Source: Phycisphaerae bacterium | GTDB taxonomy: Bacteria > Planctomycetota > Phycisphaerae > UBA1845 > Fen-1342 | Direction: 5' to 3' | DNA length: 64,000 bases | NCBI GenBank assembly: GCA_963675745.2 | Contig: CAXXWX010000023.1 | Location: forward strand, 160,001-224,000 | Part shown: positions 17,101 to 25,842 of the stretch, piece by piece | How positions within the stretch are numbered: the first letter of the stretch is position 1 | Layout: every line of letters begins with the position of its first letter | Notes under the pieces: model-generated | Databases searched by the model: none | The model's input: only the letters and a program-made list of their open reading frames with translations | Told to the model about the DNA's origin: nothing | Program-made: the position numbers and the translations under genes

Positions 17101-18302
17101 TCGCACCAGATTGCGCCAGCGTAATCGGCCGAGTTGTTGACGAAGAGACAGTTGGTGATGACCGGCACCGGACCGCCTCCGCCGCTACGAACACTGATAC
17201 CGGCGCCGTGCGCGTCATAGCTGATTTCGTCGTACGCCACGTTATCGCTGAACCGACAGTTGCTGATCCGCGTGTCGGCCTCGCACTCGATGGCGCCGCC
17301 GCGATAGCCGGCCGTATTCCCGGTGAATGTGCAGTCATCGACGGTCACGGTATAGCCATTGCCGGCCCAGGCGACCAAGGCCCCGCCATAAGTGCCCGAC
17401 TCGTTTCCGGAGAACTCGCAGCCGGTGATCGTGGCATTGGCCCACTCGAGGTAAACCCCACCGCCGTAATCGAGCGAGAAGTTGTCGGCGATCACGCAGT
17501 CGGTGATGATGAGCTCCACGCCATACCAGCCGGCGATGGCCGCGCCGTGCGCCCAGAAGTCGCAGGTGTTGTTGGTAATGGTGCAGTCAGCGATGGTCAC
17601 CGTGCCCATGTCGATGGTCCAGATTCCGGAACAGGCGCTGGCCCAGTTGTCGTGGATGTCACAGTGGGTGATTGTGGGACTGCTGGCAGCAGCAGTAATC
17701 GGTGCCGCCCAGTTGTATGAAAACTCGCAGTGGTCGACAGTGGCGTCGCTGTTCATGCTACAGAAAATGGCCGCACCTTCGTGCCCATCATTGTCGTGAA
17801 ACGCGCAGTACGAAATCGAGGGGCTGGCCTCATAGCAGTAAATCGCGCCGCTGAGATCTGATGTCACATTCGGATCTTTGAACGGGTCGTTGCTGATGAA
17901 ATCACAATTGGTGATCGTCGGCGCAGAGCCGTCGCAGTAAATCCCGCCGGCCGGAATGTCCCGCCCGTCTTTGATGGTCAAGCCCTCCAGGGCGGAGTCA
18001 GGACCTTCGCCGGACACGAAGTCAAACGCCCGCCCGTCGTCTTCGAGGTCGATGATGCACGCGTTCGGATCACCGCTGGCGCTGCGGATGGTGATGGCCA
18101 GGCCGGCGAAATCCAGGTTCTTGTTGCCGGCCCCGGTGTAGGTACCGTTGGCCAGCACGATCTCGTCGCCATGCTGGGCAACGTCGAGCGCGTCCTGGAT
18201 GGTCGCATAGGGTGCCGGGACGTTCAGAAAATCGGCCTGGACGACGCCGGTGATCGTGATGGTCATGAGTAGGGCCGCGACGTGAAAGCGGAGTGCGTGC
18301 AT
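13953..18302 (-). CDS. Large secreted surface protein: right-handed beta-helix, FG-GAP propeller, DCNxNG Ca-binding repeats, lectin-like beta-sandwich, dockerin-like tail
   Basis: GGAGG SD and signal peptide. VPAPYATIQDAL, GGAI/FxxN beta-helix repeats, FGxxxAxDGDxxVVGA repeats, 13+2 DCNGNGVPDxC units, dockerin-like end. Confidence 0.9.
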   Translation of the reverse strand: MHALRFHVAALLMTITITGVVQADFLNVPAPYATIQDALDVAQHGDEIVLANGTYTGAGNKNLDFAGLAITIRSASGDPNACIIDLEDDGRAFDFVSGEGPDSALEGLTIKDGRDIPAGGIYCDGSAPTITNCDFISNDPFKDPNVTSDLSGAIYCYEASPSISYCAFHDNDGHEGAAIFCSMNSDATVDHCEFSYNWAAPITAAASSPTITHCDIHDNWASACSGIWTIDMGTVTIADCTITNNTCDFWAHGAAIAGWYGVELIITDCVIADNFSLDYGGGVYLEWANATITGCEFSGNESGTYGGALVAWAGNGYTVTVDDCTFTGNTAGYRGGAIECEADTRISNCRFSDNVAYDEISYDAHGAGISVRSGGGGPVPVITNCLFVNNSADYAGAIWCEDAVISNCTITENTGGIESNTDVTVTDCIVWNNGLSQDFVGPGTVTYSCLSSAVAGEGNIYVDPEFVTGPLGDYYLSQVASGDPNDSPCVDSGSAGAAGLGMHSRTTRTDEWPDADIVDMGYHYESPFGASCEYDGQVSLPTAAAPAWDLGGVVAIDGRRAALARSSGGPVLVYDYVDYAWVESAVLEPPPDADEFGAALDLQGDTLLVGAPYDNLADPDAGAVYVYCFTDGGTPADPNDDGWVSQSVLIANDTDWDWEFGRSLAIDGDTAVVGAFGADPHGAAYVFERDDAGTPGDPLDDIWTQVAKLTSSYPWPMLGYAVDVLGETIVVGSVEDDPNGISGVGAAYVYEMPQGGWADSTETARLSASDGDIDDLFSISVALDTDWVLVGALHDDDLGSNAGAAYLFERPPTGWVNMTETQKLLASDGQGGDYFGWSVAISGGRALIGAAYNGANGPLAGSAYVYTDQGGAWLAEATLHAADADPNDFFGMAVAFDGEMAVVGAPGWMDSGETPGTGYIFRLFDCDGNGLLDVCDIAEGTLPDCNGNGIPDECDVLDDFSPDCNGNLNPDECDIAVGTAEDCNLNGVPDDCDIASGTSQDCNANGIPDLCDIFSYHTSQDCNGNWKPDECDIADSTSEDCQPDGVPDECQLDGNDCNGNGVPDDCELAGNDCNSNGVPDDCELAGNDCNGNGVPDDCDIAIGTSQDCQPDGVPDECQLDGNDCNANGVPDECDIAGGTSEDVNGNGIPDECESGDVLWIDTFDDGDASDWSFTTPYWSGDGAITIELSDVDSLSPAFNLHVSGAKAQGYSGEGIGPAVLIDPNQPYTLWFSFRYSQVHWYHFVRFGHVALCIDHADMRLTYTRTPGGWTPMDASTPLFESFCPADTWTDFRIEVVPASQLYDIYADDAYVGTCDYGTYYTGLSAFRFLETGTVTTDYVVDGRYDNLAVAQGDFTDCNANDVPDVLDIAFGDSTDIDLNGVPDECDGRGDLNCDGLINNGDIDPFVLALTDPDEYYIQNPSCDRINADCNYDWLINNGDIDAFLLLLGS
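14844..15530 (-). repeat. Intragenic tandem array of 13 DCNxNGxPDxC units (mostly 48-60 nt)
   Basis: Visible in the translation and as recurring tcgtcggg..gccgttg..gttgcagtc DNA units. Confidence 0.9.
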
Positions 18303-18368
18303 GATTGGGTCCTCCACACCGATATCGCATCCAGGTAATTCCGGGCATCCGACGCCCACAGGCCCTTA

Positions 18369-18394
18369 AACGACAGCCGGGCCGGGACATGTCG
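18369..18394 (-). promoter_or_regulatory. Putative ECF-type promoter of the large surface protein gene
   Basis: CGAC-N6-CGGCC-N4-TGTCGTT, shared with 21022-21048. Confidence 0.4.
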
Positions 18395-18504
18395 CGAAAA
18401 ATCCGGAGTTCACATGAAACAAGCGAAATCGCGGCGGAGCCGGCCGGCACCTTGCGGGATTGCCGGCCCGGAATGGTGCCTGTGAGGCGGGATGACGAGC
18501 AACC

Positions 18505-20943
18505 TCAAGGTGTTGGTGAGGGGGCACAGTGAGTGCGCAGCCGCCACTCGGCGAGTTCGTACTCGTTCATCGGCATGGGCGGGAACGTCTCGGTATCCAG
18601 CTCAAAACGTGTTTGAATCGCCCGCTCGAACCACACACAGGCCTCATCGACACGCTGAAGGCGGAGGCAGACCTCACCGGCGTAATAGCACGCCTCGCAA
18701 CGCCGTGCGGTGGCGCCGCGCAGGATGGCCTCGGCCAGGAGCGCCTCCGGGGATATTTCGCCGGCCAGGCAGCGAAACACCTGAGTGAGCCACACATCGT
18801 TGCTCTCGGCAAGCGCGGTACGTAATACGCGCTCGGCCTCGGCCGTGCTGCCCTGCTCGCTAAGCATCAGGTAAAGACGCGCATCGCAGTAAAACGGCCG
18901 CGCCAGCAGGATGCGGGCCTGCCGCAGATCCTTGATCGCCTCGTCGGTGCGTCCGAGGATCCACAGCGGCGTCGCGCGCTGGTACAGCTCCCAAGCGTTT
19001 TCGACGGGCTGTGTTTCGAGTTTGAGGGCGAGCGTGTACATCTCGACCGCCTCGGCATACCTGTTCAGCCGTCGAAGCATGTGCCCCTGAAGCTGATACG
19101 AACGGGCATTGTCGGGGTTGAGCGCTGCCACGCCGGCAAATTCGGCGAGGGCTTCGTCGTAGAGGCCCTGCTCAGCGTACACGTGGCCGCGGAATGTCCG
19201 CCACTCTTCCTCATTCTGACCGAGTTCGATCAGGCGCGCGGCGGCTGCCAGCGCCGGGTCGAAGTCGCCGTTGAGCATGCGCAGGTGCGCCACGCGCATC
19301 CACATCAACACATGGTCGGGGGCGCGGCGCACGGCCTGCTCGGCGTATTCCTGGGCGCGGCGCAGGTCAAGCGTGGCGAACGAACGCACATAATACGCCT
19401 CCGCTGTGTCAGGCATTTCCCGGTCGGCGCGAGCCAGGAACTCTGCGGCCCGCGCATCATCGCCGGCCGCCGCGAATATGTCCGCCAGCAGAGCGCAGTC
19501 CGGCCAGGGGGACACGGCTTCCCGCACCGAGCGCTCCAGGTCGCGAATCACATTGTTCCGCGCCAGCGTGTCTTCGTAGGTTGCGCGCGCGGCAACCAGG
19601 CGCACCTCGGCAATCTCGCGGTGGCGCAACAGCGCATCACGGGCGGCCGCGGCGACCTGATTGGCGCGGCCGCTTTCGATCGTCTGCTGGTTCGTGAGTG
19701 CGATGCGCCGCGCGCGATACACGCCGCGCTGATATCGAAGTGAATTCACTGACAGCGCAACTATGCACAGCGCAGCGATAACCGCGGCAAGCGCCACGGC
19801 AAACCGGTGTTTCACCAGCCGCTTGCGTAACACGTACAGGCTGCTGGGGCGCTGGGCGCGAATCGGCTCGCCGGCCACGTAGCGCTTCAAATCTTCGGCC
19901 AGCTCGCGCGCCGATTGATAGCGCCGGTCCTTTTCTTTGGCGAGAGTCTTGAGCAGGATCGTCTCCAACTCAGCGCTGACGACCGCCGCCAGCGCAGACG
20001 GGGGCCTGGGGGGCGTGTCGAGGATTCGCTCGATCACCTGCGACGGCCGACCGGTCGTGTCAATCGGCCGCCGTCCGGTCAGAGCTTCGTACAGCATCAC
20101 TCCCAGCGCGTACACGTCGGTGCGCGCGTCGACCTCTTCCGGGCGACCGGCGGCCTGTTCGGGTGACAAATAGGCCAGCGTGCCCACAATCTGTCCCGGG
20201 AGTGATACACACGTCGTCACCAGGGCCTCGGACTCGGCGTGGTCGGTCGCCTTGGCCAGGCCGAAGTCAACGATGTGTGGTTGGCCATCATCGTCGATCA
20301 GGACATTCAGCGGTTTGAGATCGCGATGAATCACGCCATGCCCATGCGCGTGTTCAACCGCTTCACAAATCTGGACGAACAGGCCGAGCTTGGCCTGTAG
20401 GTCCAGCGATTCGTCGGCGATGTATTCGTCGAGCGGACGGCCGCCCACATAGTCCATCGCGTAGTAGCGTTGCCCGGATACTTCGCCGCTTTCCAGAACT
20501 CGGACAATCGCCGGGTGTTGGAGCCGAGCCGCCAGCTCGACTTCGCGTTCGAAACGCCGCTGCCCGGAACGCGACGCAAACGGCCCGGCCAGCATCACCT
20601 TCAGGGCCACGACCCGCTTGGTCGAAACCTGCAGCGCCTCGTAGACCACCCCCATCCCGCCGCGGCCGATCTCTTCGATCAACTCGTAGCCGGGGATGCT
20701 CGGCAATGGCGAGCGCGCGATCCGTTGCGGGGCGGCCGCGTCGGTCGAACGTTCGCGAACCGTGTCAACCAGCGCCAGGCCCTCAAGATACGGGCGCAAC
20801 GCGCCGGCTAGCGACGTATGCTCGTCGGCAAACTGCTCGGGCGTTAGCGCTTCGCCGGCAGCGCGGCGGTTGAAGTATTCGTCGACCAGCGCCGCAATCT
20901 GCTTATCGGCCGACTCGTCAGGGCTGCGCTTGTCCGTGGCCAT
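18505..20943 (-). CDS. Ser/Thr protein kinase with TM helix and C-terminal TPR repeats
   Basis: GRGGMGVV, VALK, HRDLKPLN, DFGLAK, GTLAYLSPEQ, TDVYALG, TM segment AVALAAVIAALCIVAL, then TPRs. Confidence 0.92.
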   Translation of the reverse strand: MATDKRSPDESADKQIAALVDEYFNRRAAGEALTPEQFADEHTSLAGALRPYLEGLALVDTVRERSTDAAAPQRIARSPLPSIPGYELIEEIGRGGMGVVYEALQVSTKRVVALKVMLAGPFASRSGQRRFEREVELAARLQHPAIVRVLESGEVSGQRYYAMDYVGGRPLDEYIADESLDLQAKLGLFVQICEAVEHAHGHGVIHRDLKPLNVLIDDDGQPHIVDFGLAKATDHAESEALVTTCVSLPGQIVGTLAYLSPEQAAGRPEEVDARTDVYALGVMLYEALTGRRPIDTTGRPSQVIERILDTPPRPPSALAAVVSAELETILLKTLAKEKDRRYQSARELAEDLKRYVAGEPIRAQRPSSLYVLRKRLVKHRFAVALAAVIAALCIVALSVNSLRYQRGVYRARRIALTNQQTIESGRANQVAAAARDALLRHREIAEVRLVAARATYEDTLARNNVIRDLERSVREAVSPWPDCALLADIFAAAGDDARAAEFLARADREMPDTAEAYYVRSFATLDLRRAQEYAEQAVRRAPDHVLMWMRVAHLRMLNGDFDPALAAAARLIELGQNEEEWRTFRGHVYAEQGLYDEALAEFAGVAALNPDNARSYQLQGHMLRRLNRYAEAVEMYTLALKLETQPVENAWELYQRATPLWILGRTDEAIKDLRQARILLARPFYCDARLYLMLSEQGSTAEAERVLRTALAESNDVWLTQVFRCLAGEISPEALLAEAILRGATARRCEACYYAGEVCLRLQRVDEACVWFERAIQTRFELDTETFPPMPMNEYELAEWRLRTHCAPSPTP

Positions 20944-21021
20944 GCCCACAGATCTCCACCCGGTGACTCGGGCAATCGCCGGAAGATGACGGGCGTGCAA
21001 TCTTTAGCGCCATTTTATCAG

Positions 21022-21048
21022 AACGACAACATGGCCGAAACGCCGTCG
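21022..21048 (-). promoter_or_regulatory. Putative ECF-type promoter of the kinase gene
   Basis: CGAC-N7-CGGCC-N4-TGTCGTT, shared with 18369-18394. Confidence 0.4.
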
Positions 21049-21122
21049 ATGCGCTACGGTCAGATCGATATGATGGAGGTGGTGAATCGGCCCAAACCTG
21101 GTGTGTTGCGGGCAATAGGCAC

Positions 21123-21752
21123 ATGGTAGACAGCGGGCAGAATGACGATTGGCTGGACGCGGCGCGGCGGGGTGACGGCCTGGCGCTGGCGAAGCTGCTG
21201 GCCCTGCACCACCCGCAACTGTGGGCGCGCGCCGACGCGCGCATGGACCCCGCTCTCAAGGCCAAAACCTCGCCCGACGACCTGTTGCAGGAAGTCTACC
21301 TTCAGGTGTATCGCCTGATCGGCAACTTCGAGAACCGCGGCCCCGGTGCCTTCCTCGGCTGGGTGCAGAGGATACTGGATCGCAAGCTGATCGATGCGCG
21401 GCGTGCGGCGCACCGCCGGCTGCGCGACGTCGATCGCGAGATCGGTGCCGGCTGCAATGCGTCGGACAGCTCCTACTGTAACCTGCTAGACCGGCTCTAC
21501 GCCGACTCGGGCACACCCAGTCGCGTGGTTCGCCGGCAGGAGGCCGTGGATGCCCTGCCGGCGTGCCTGGTGGACTTGCCGGAAGCGCAGCGCGAAGTTA
21601 TTCGCCTGCGTTTTATCGAGGGTCTTTGTGTGGCGGATGTCGCCCGGCGTCTGGGCAAAAGCGAAGCCGCGGTCGTCGCCCTCGGCCAGCGCGCCCTCGC
21701 CGCTTTGCGCACCTCAATGGACCGCCGCGGCGAATTCAGTTGGGGGCCGTAG
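21123..21752 (+). CDS. ECF sigma factor, planctomycete kinase-associated type
   Basis: sigma2 SPDDLLQEV..FLGWVQRI, TPSR linker, sigma4 LPEAQREVIRLRFIEGL..VARRLGKSEAAV. Confidence 0.88.
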   Translation: MVDSGQNDDWLDAARRGDGLALAKLLALHHPQLWARADARMDPALKAKTSPDDLLQEVYLQVYRLIGNFENRGPGAFLGWVQRILDRKLIDARRAAHRRLRDVDREIGAGCNASDSSYCNLLDRLYADSGTPSRVVRRQEAVDALPACLVDLPEAQREVIRLRFIEGLCVADVARRLGKSEAAVVALGQRALAALRTSMDRRGEFSWGP

Positions 21753-21787
21753 GGCAAAAGCGTATAGCAGGCCGCCGCGAAAGCGCC

Positions 21788-21870
21788 GTAGCGTCCGACG
21801 CCCCGAGTCGGACGTCCCAGCGAACGCGAATTTCCCCGCATTCCACGGGCGACTCGGGGTCGGCCGCTAC
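21788..21870. repeat. REPIN (inverted doublet of GTAG-type REPs)
   Basis: GTAG-CGTCCGAC-gccccga-GTCGGACG at 21788-21814 and inverted GTAG-CGGCCGAC-cccga-GTCGCCCG at 21870-21846. Confidence 0.75.
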
Positions 21871-21907
21871 CTTCAGTGGTCGCGCGCGGCTTTCACGTTT
21901 CGGTAGG

Positions 21908-22417
21908 TCATGACGTAGATAAAAGCGATTCCTCCACCGGACAGCCACATTCGGAACACCGAGGGCCTGTCTGTCCGCGCAGATCATATCCACACTGAAG
22001 ACACAGGCCGTTGCGCTCTCTATATGTACGTTGCCGGCGTCGCCGCCAGACGCGGAATAAGTGCAGCGCGGGCCATATGCCGAGCAGCGCAAACAGCAGC
22101 CAGTTCGGCACTGCCACGCCATCCACGACCATATCGCTCTCTGCGGGGAATCGCCAATAAATCTCCACTGGTCCGGCACTAATCGGATCCTCGTTTTCCC
22201 ACTCGCCATCGTGGCGGACGACGACTGTTAACGTACGCGCGTTGCTATCAATCGTCAGGTCCGCGTTGCCTCCGTAAAACCAAAGCATCGCTGATATCCC
22301 CCCGACAATACTGAGACTCCACAGAAACAAGGCTATGGCGAGCAGTGCGGCGTTCGCGATCAACAAGACGCCGGCAACGCGCTCTATGATCTTCCTCACC
22401 ATTGGGGGCATCTCCAT
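21908..22417 (-). CDS. Membrane protein with C-terminal zinc ribbon
   Basis: Hydrophobic helices, VPNWLLFALL, C-terminal CLQCGYDLRG..RCSECG. Start uncertain (22417, 22411 or 22402). Confidence 0.75.
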   Translation of the reverse strand: MEMPPMVRKIIERVAGVLLIANAALLAIALFLWSLSIVGGISAMLWFYGGNADLTIDSNARTLTVVVRHDGEWENEDPISAGPVEIYWRFPAESDMVVDGVAVPNWLLFALLGIWPALHLFRVWRRRRQRTYRERNGLCLQCGYDLRGQTGPRCSECGCPVEESLLSTS

Positions 22418-22502
22418 GGCGTGCCCCGCGAACGCGCCAGCGACGGCGCGCCGCATTTCGTCATCCTCACCGGCGTATCAGCAATCGGGCCGCGCCGCAG
22501 CT

Positions 22503-24710
22503 TTACAGCCCGATGAGCCGTACAGATGCGTCAACGTTGCCGATGTTCATGTTTCCATCGCCGATCCAGTCAATGTGGGCGCCGTCGCCGCTATCAACGA
22601 ATCCGTCGCAGTTTCCATCGCCGGATGCCTGGTTTGCTCGATATACCACGCGCAGTTCGGGCGCCGGCGCTCCCTCGACACTTTGGAAGTCCCAGCCGTC
22701 CGTGCTCGTCGGCAAAAGCGCCCAACCGTGGTTGGCCTGGCCCTTGGTCACCCAGGCCTTAAGGCTCGGCGTGACATCGACGTAGTGGCGGACGCCGCTG
22801 AGATGGTCGGTCTGGATTACGCCGTCGATAAAGCGGGCGGCCTCGACGTCATCATCCGACACGCCGCCGGTCAGGCTGTTCCACGTATCGGTGTCGCGCC
22901 AGGGTTTGAGCATACGATGCCAGCGGATGTTGTTGGCGGTGCCGCTTCCGGACGAGGGATTCGTGGTGTAGATGCTGACGCTGGCCGACAGAATGGTCGC
23001 ACCCGGCGGCACAAGCTGCGGCGCCGCGCCCGTGATATTCTCAAAACGCAACAGCCCCACCGACGCGTGGCCCGTGCCCGACGGATCATCCGTGTCGATG
23101 CTGATCTCGGATGTCGCGGCGTGGTCTGCATCAGGCGCGTGCTCGGTCAGCATCGTATCGACCGTTCCGCCGTACCCGTTGGTGTCGCCCTGCCGGAAGT
23201 TCCGGCACGTCGCGCCGGCAACCAACTCGTACTCGACGATCAGCTCGGGCGGCGTCGCGCCCTCAGCCGAGCAGCCCTGCCAGCCGTCAGTGCCGGTGGG
23301 TAGCAGCGCCCAGCCGTGATTCGGCCGGCCGCGTTCCACCCAGGCCCTCACCGACGAGGTCACGTCCAGGTCGTGATAGCCGCCCGCACGGTTGTCCGCG
23401 CGGATGGCCTGGTCGGCGTAGCGGTCGGCCTCGACATCATCGTTGGCGACGCCGGCATCAAGCGTGTTCCACGTGTCCTTGTCGCTCCACGCGCTGAGCA
23501 TGCGGTGAAAACGCACATGGTTGTTTTCCGTACCGTCGGTTGTGTACAGCCGCAGCCGCGCGCGATGTACGACGGCTCCCGCGCTAATCCGGCCCGGCGC
23601 GGAACCGATGATGCCGTCGAAACGCAAGAGTGCCTGGCTCACCGACGCGGGCCCGCTGGTCTCGGTGTCGCAGGTGAGCTGCGCGAGCGCTGCGTTGTTC
23701 TGGTCCGGCAGGTGCTGCTGGACTGACGTATCCACGGTGCCGGTATATCCGCCGACGCCTTGCTGAAAGCGCGCCGTGAGCAGCGGCAGCGGGCGGTCCG
23801 GGCGCAGCGTGTGTGTCTCGATGTGCTGCATGGGCGACGTGCCGAGGCTGCGGTACACGTGCACGCGCAATGCCTGGTCGTCGGCCTCGATGATGAAGCA
23901 CGCGTCCACGTCGCCGAGCCCGCGCGCCTGCGACGGCTCGAATTGCCAGACCGGGCTGCCGGCCGGGCGGTACGTTGTATAGCGGTGCGTGTGGCCATGG
24001 ATGTAAGCGTGGGCGCCGTTGTCTTCGAGCGTCTTCCAGAACAGGTCGCGCTCGGTCGGGTCAACATCGAGCGAATCACCCAGGTGGCGTGTGCTGCCAA
24101 ACTGATGATCGGGCCGTGTGTAGGCCGGTTCGTGCCCGAAGACCAGCTTGAACGGCTTGGTAGAGGTGGATAGATCGCCGGCCAGCCAGACGCTCAGCGC
24201 CGGGACGACGCGACCGCTGACGGCGATGTCATCACCGGGGTCCGTCCCGCCGTCCCAATAGTTGTTGATCACGACGATATGCACGGGGCCGACATCAAAC
24301 GAGTAATTCATGTCGGTGTTGCCCGGTGGGCCGGTGCCGGTGAAGGTGAACAGCTCGCCCCACTTGGGGAAGTTGTGGATGTGGCTTTTGTAGTATTCGC
24401 GCAGGAACGTGACGTCCACCTGTTTCTCAAGCTCGTGATTACCCACGACCGGGATCCACGGAAAGCCCTCGCCGAAGACCGACTCGACCTGCGCCTGCGA
24501 CGTCGCCAGCGGGTCCATGTCGCCGGGACTGATGACAAACTCGATGGGTCCGTCGGCGGCATCGACGGCGGCCTGTAAGACCTGCGCGTGGCCGGCTGCT
24601 CCGCGGTTGTCAGCGGTGACGACAAAACGTGTGAAATCGGCGTCTGCCGGCACAGCCGCGCACAACGTGGCCAGCGCCAGCACCCCTGTCTGAATAAACC
24701 GCGCGTTCAT
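22503..24710 (-). CDS. Secreted calcineurin-like metallophosphoesterase with two DNRLRE-like domains and a degenerate dockerin-like tail
   Basis: Signal peptide, metal motifs ADNR / PGDM / VGNHE / FGHEP / HGHTH, duplicated F.QG..GY.GTVDT..LLRF..DVT.S..AWV..NHGWALLP domain. AGAGGAG SD. Confidence 0.85.
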   Translation of the reverse strand: MNARFIQTGVLALATLCAAVPADADFTRFVVTADNRGAAGHAQVLQAAVDAADGPIEFVISPGDMDPLATSQAQVESVFGEGFPWIPVVGNHELEKQVDVTFLREYYKSHIHNFPKWGELFTFTGTGPPGNTDMNYSFDVGPVHIVVINNYWDGGTDPGDDIAVSGRVVPALSVWLAGDLSTSTKPFKLVFGHEPAYTRPDHQFGSTRHLGDSLDVDPTERDLFWKTLEDNGAHAYIHGHTHRYTTYRPAGSPVWQFEPSQARGLGDVDACFIIEADDQALRVHVYRSLGTSPMQHIETHTLRPDRPLPLLTARFQQGVGGYTGTVDTSVQQHLPDQNNAALAQLTCDTETSGPASVSQALLRFDGIIGSAPGRISAGAVVHRARLRLYTTDGTENNHVRFHRMLSAWSDKDTWNTLDAGVANDDVEADRYADQAIRADNRAGGYHDLDVTSSVRAWVERGRPNHGWALLPTGTDGWQGCSAEGATPPELIVEYELVAGATCRNFRQGDTNGYGGTVDTMLTEHAPDADHAATSEISIDTDDPSGTGHASVGLLRFENITGAAPQLVPPGATILSASVSIYTTNPSSGSGTANNIRWHRMLKPWRDTDTWNSLTGGVSDDDVEAARFIDGVIQTDHLSGVRHYVDVTPSLKAWVTKGQANHGWALLPTSTDGWDFQSVEGAPAPELRVVYRANQASGDGNCDGFVDSGDGAHIDWIGDGNMNIGNVDASVRLIGL

Positions 24711-24852
24711 TCGCACAACTCCTCTGCCCCGTACTTGCCACGCAGAACACTGCCAGACCCGCTCGCCCGGACTTTTGCTAACAGTCTTGAGGCTAGTTTA
24801 CCCGCGCAGGCAAGTAAAGCGCGGCCCCCGGAGCACAATGCTCGTAGCGCGA

Positions 24853-24877
24853 CGGCCTGCGGGGCGAAGGCCGCTAC
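24853..24877 (-). repeat. Single GTAG-type REP
   Basis: Minus strand GTAG-CGGCCTTCG-ccc-CGCAGGCCG; two mismatches to the REP at 26987. Confidence 0.7.
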
Positions 24878-24906
24878 AGCACCGGCGGCACGAAATGGCA
24901 ACGATG

Positions 24907-25842
24907 CTAGAAATCACGTCGGCAGAAGCGGACCATCGCCAGTACGAGCACGACAGCTTCAAACGCCAGCGATGACCCGATCGACGTGTACGGGTTCATG
25001 TGGAGCTTCTTCTTCTCGTACTCAACCGAGAGGGCGACCTGCTCCTTGTCGAGTTCGGGCTGCTCGCTGTAATCGAACACGTCGTGGATGGTCCCGCCGC
25101 GGGCCAGTTGCGAGGCGATGTAAGCGATGTCACTGGTCTTCGGCGGCACCCAGGCGGCGATTTTGGCGCAATTGTAGACCAGCCGATGGTCCTTGAACCC
25201 CGGCATGGTTTCGACGACCTCAAGCGCGGTGGCGGGCGCGGTGTAAAGCACCCATGCGAAGATACTGATGAGTATCGCCGCCACCGTGCTGCGCATCATG
25301 ACGCCGACGAGCACCGACACGCAATACACATAGCTGAACAGCAGCACCAGCAGCGGCACGGCCCACAAGAAGCCCGGCGCCCACACACCCCAGTGAAATC
25401 CCATGACCAGGAACATCGATCCGACAAACAGAGCGGCCTGCAGGACAACGAAAACCAGGCTGGCCACGTACTTGTACAGAAAGAGACGTGGGCGGCCGAT
25501 CGGCTTGGACAACATCACGTCGATCGTGCCACTCTCGATCATGGTCGGAAAGAAGCTGGCCGTCGCAACGATCATCAGCAATACGCCGATCCAGCCAACA
25601 GTCACATCCATCACCAGGAACACGACCGCGGCCATGATCGCCGCGCGCCCGTCGGCGGTGGCCGGGTTAAAGCCATCGGTCTCCACGGCCGTCGCACCGA
25701 ACAGGAAGGTGACGCGGTTTGGCTCGAAGTCGATGCTGGCTGCGCCGACAACCACGACCAGGATAAGCCCCGCCACCACCCAGAAGATCTTGCGATCGAG
25801 CGATTCGCGGAAACCGTCAACTACCAACGCCCAGAACTGCAT
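24907..25842 (-). CDS. ABC-2 type transporter permease
   Basis: Multiple TM helices, ESGTIDVMLSKPIGR motif, C-terminal RRDF; abuts the ATPase gene. Confidence 0.88.
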   Translation of the reverse strand: MQFWALVVDGFRESLDRKIFWVVAGLILVVVVGAASIDFEPNRVTFLFGATAVETDGFNPATADGRAAIMAAVVFLVMDVTVGWIGVLLMIVATASFFPTMIESGTIDVMLSKPIGRPRLFLYKYVASLVFVVLQAALFVGSMFLVMGFHWGVWAPGFLWAVPLLVLLFSYVYCVSVLVGVMMRSTVAAILISIFAWVLYTAPATALEVVETMPGFKDHRLVYNCAKIAAWVPPKTSDIAYIASQLARGGTIHDVFDYSEQPELDKEQVALSVEYEKKKLHMNPYTSIGSSLAFEAVVLVLAMVRFCRRDF

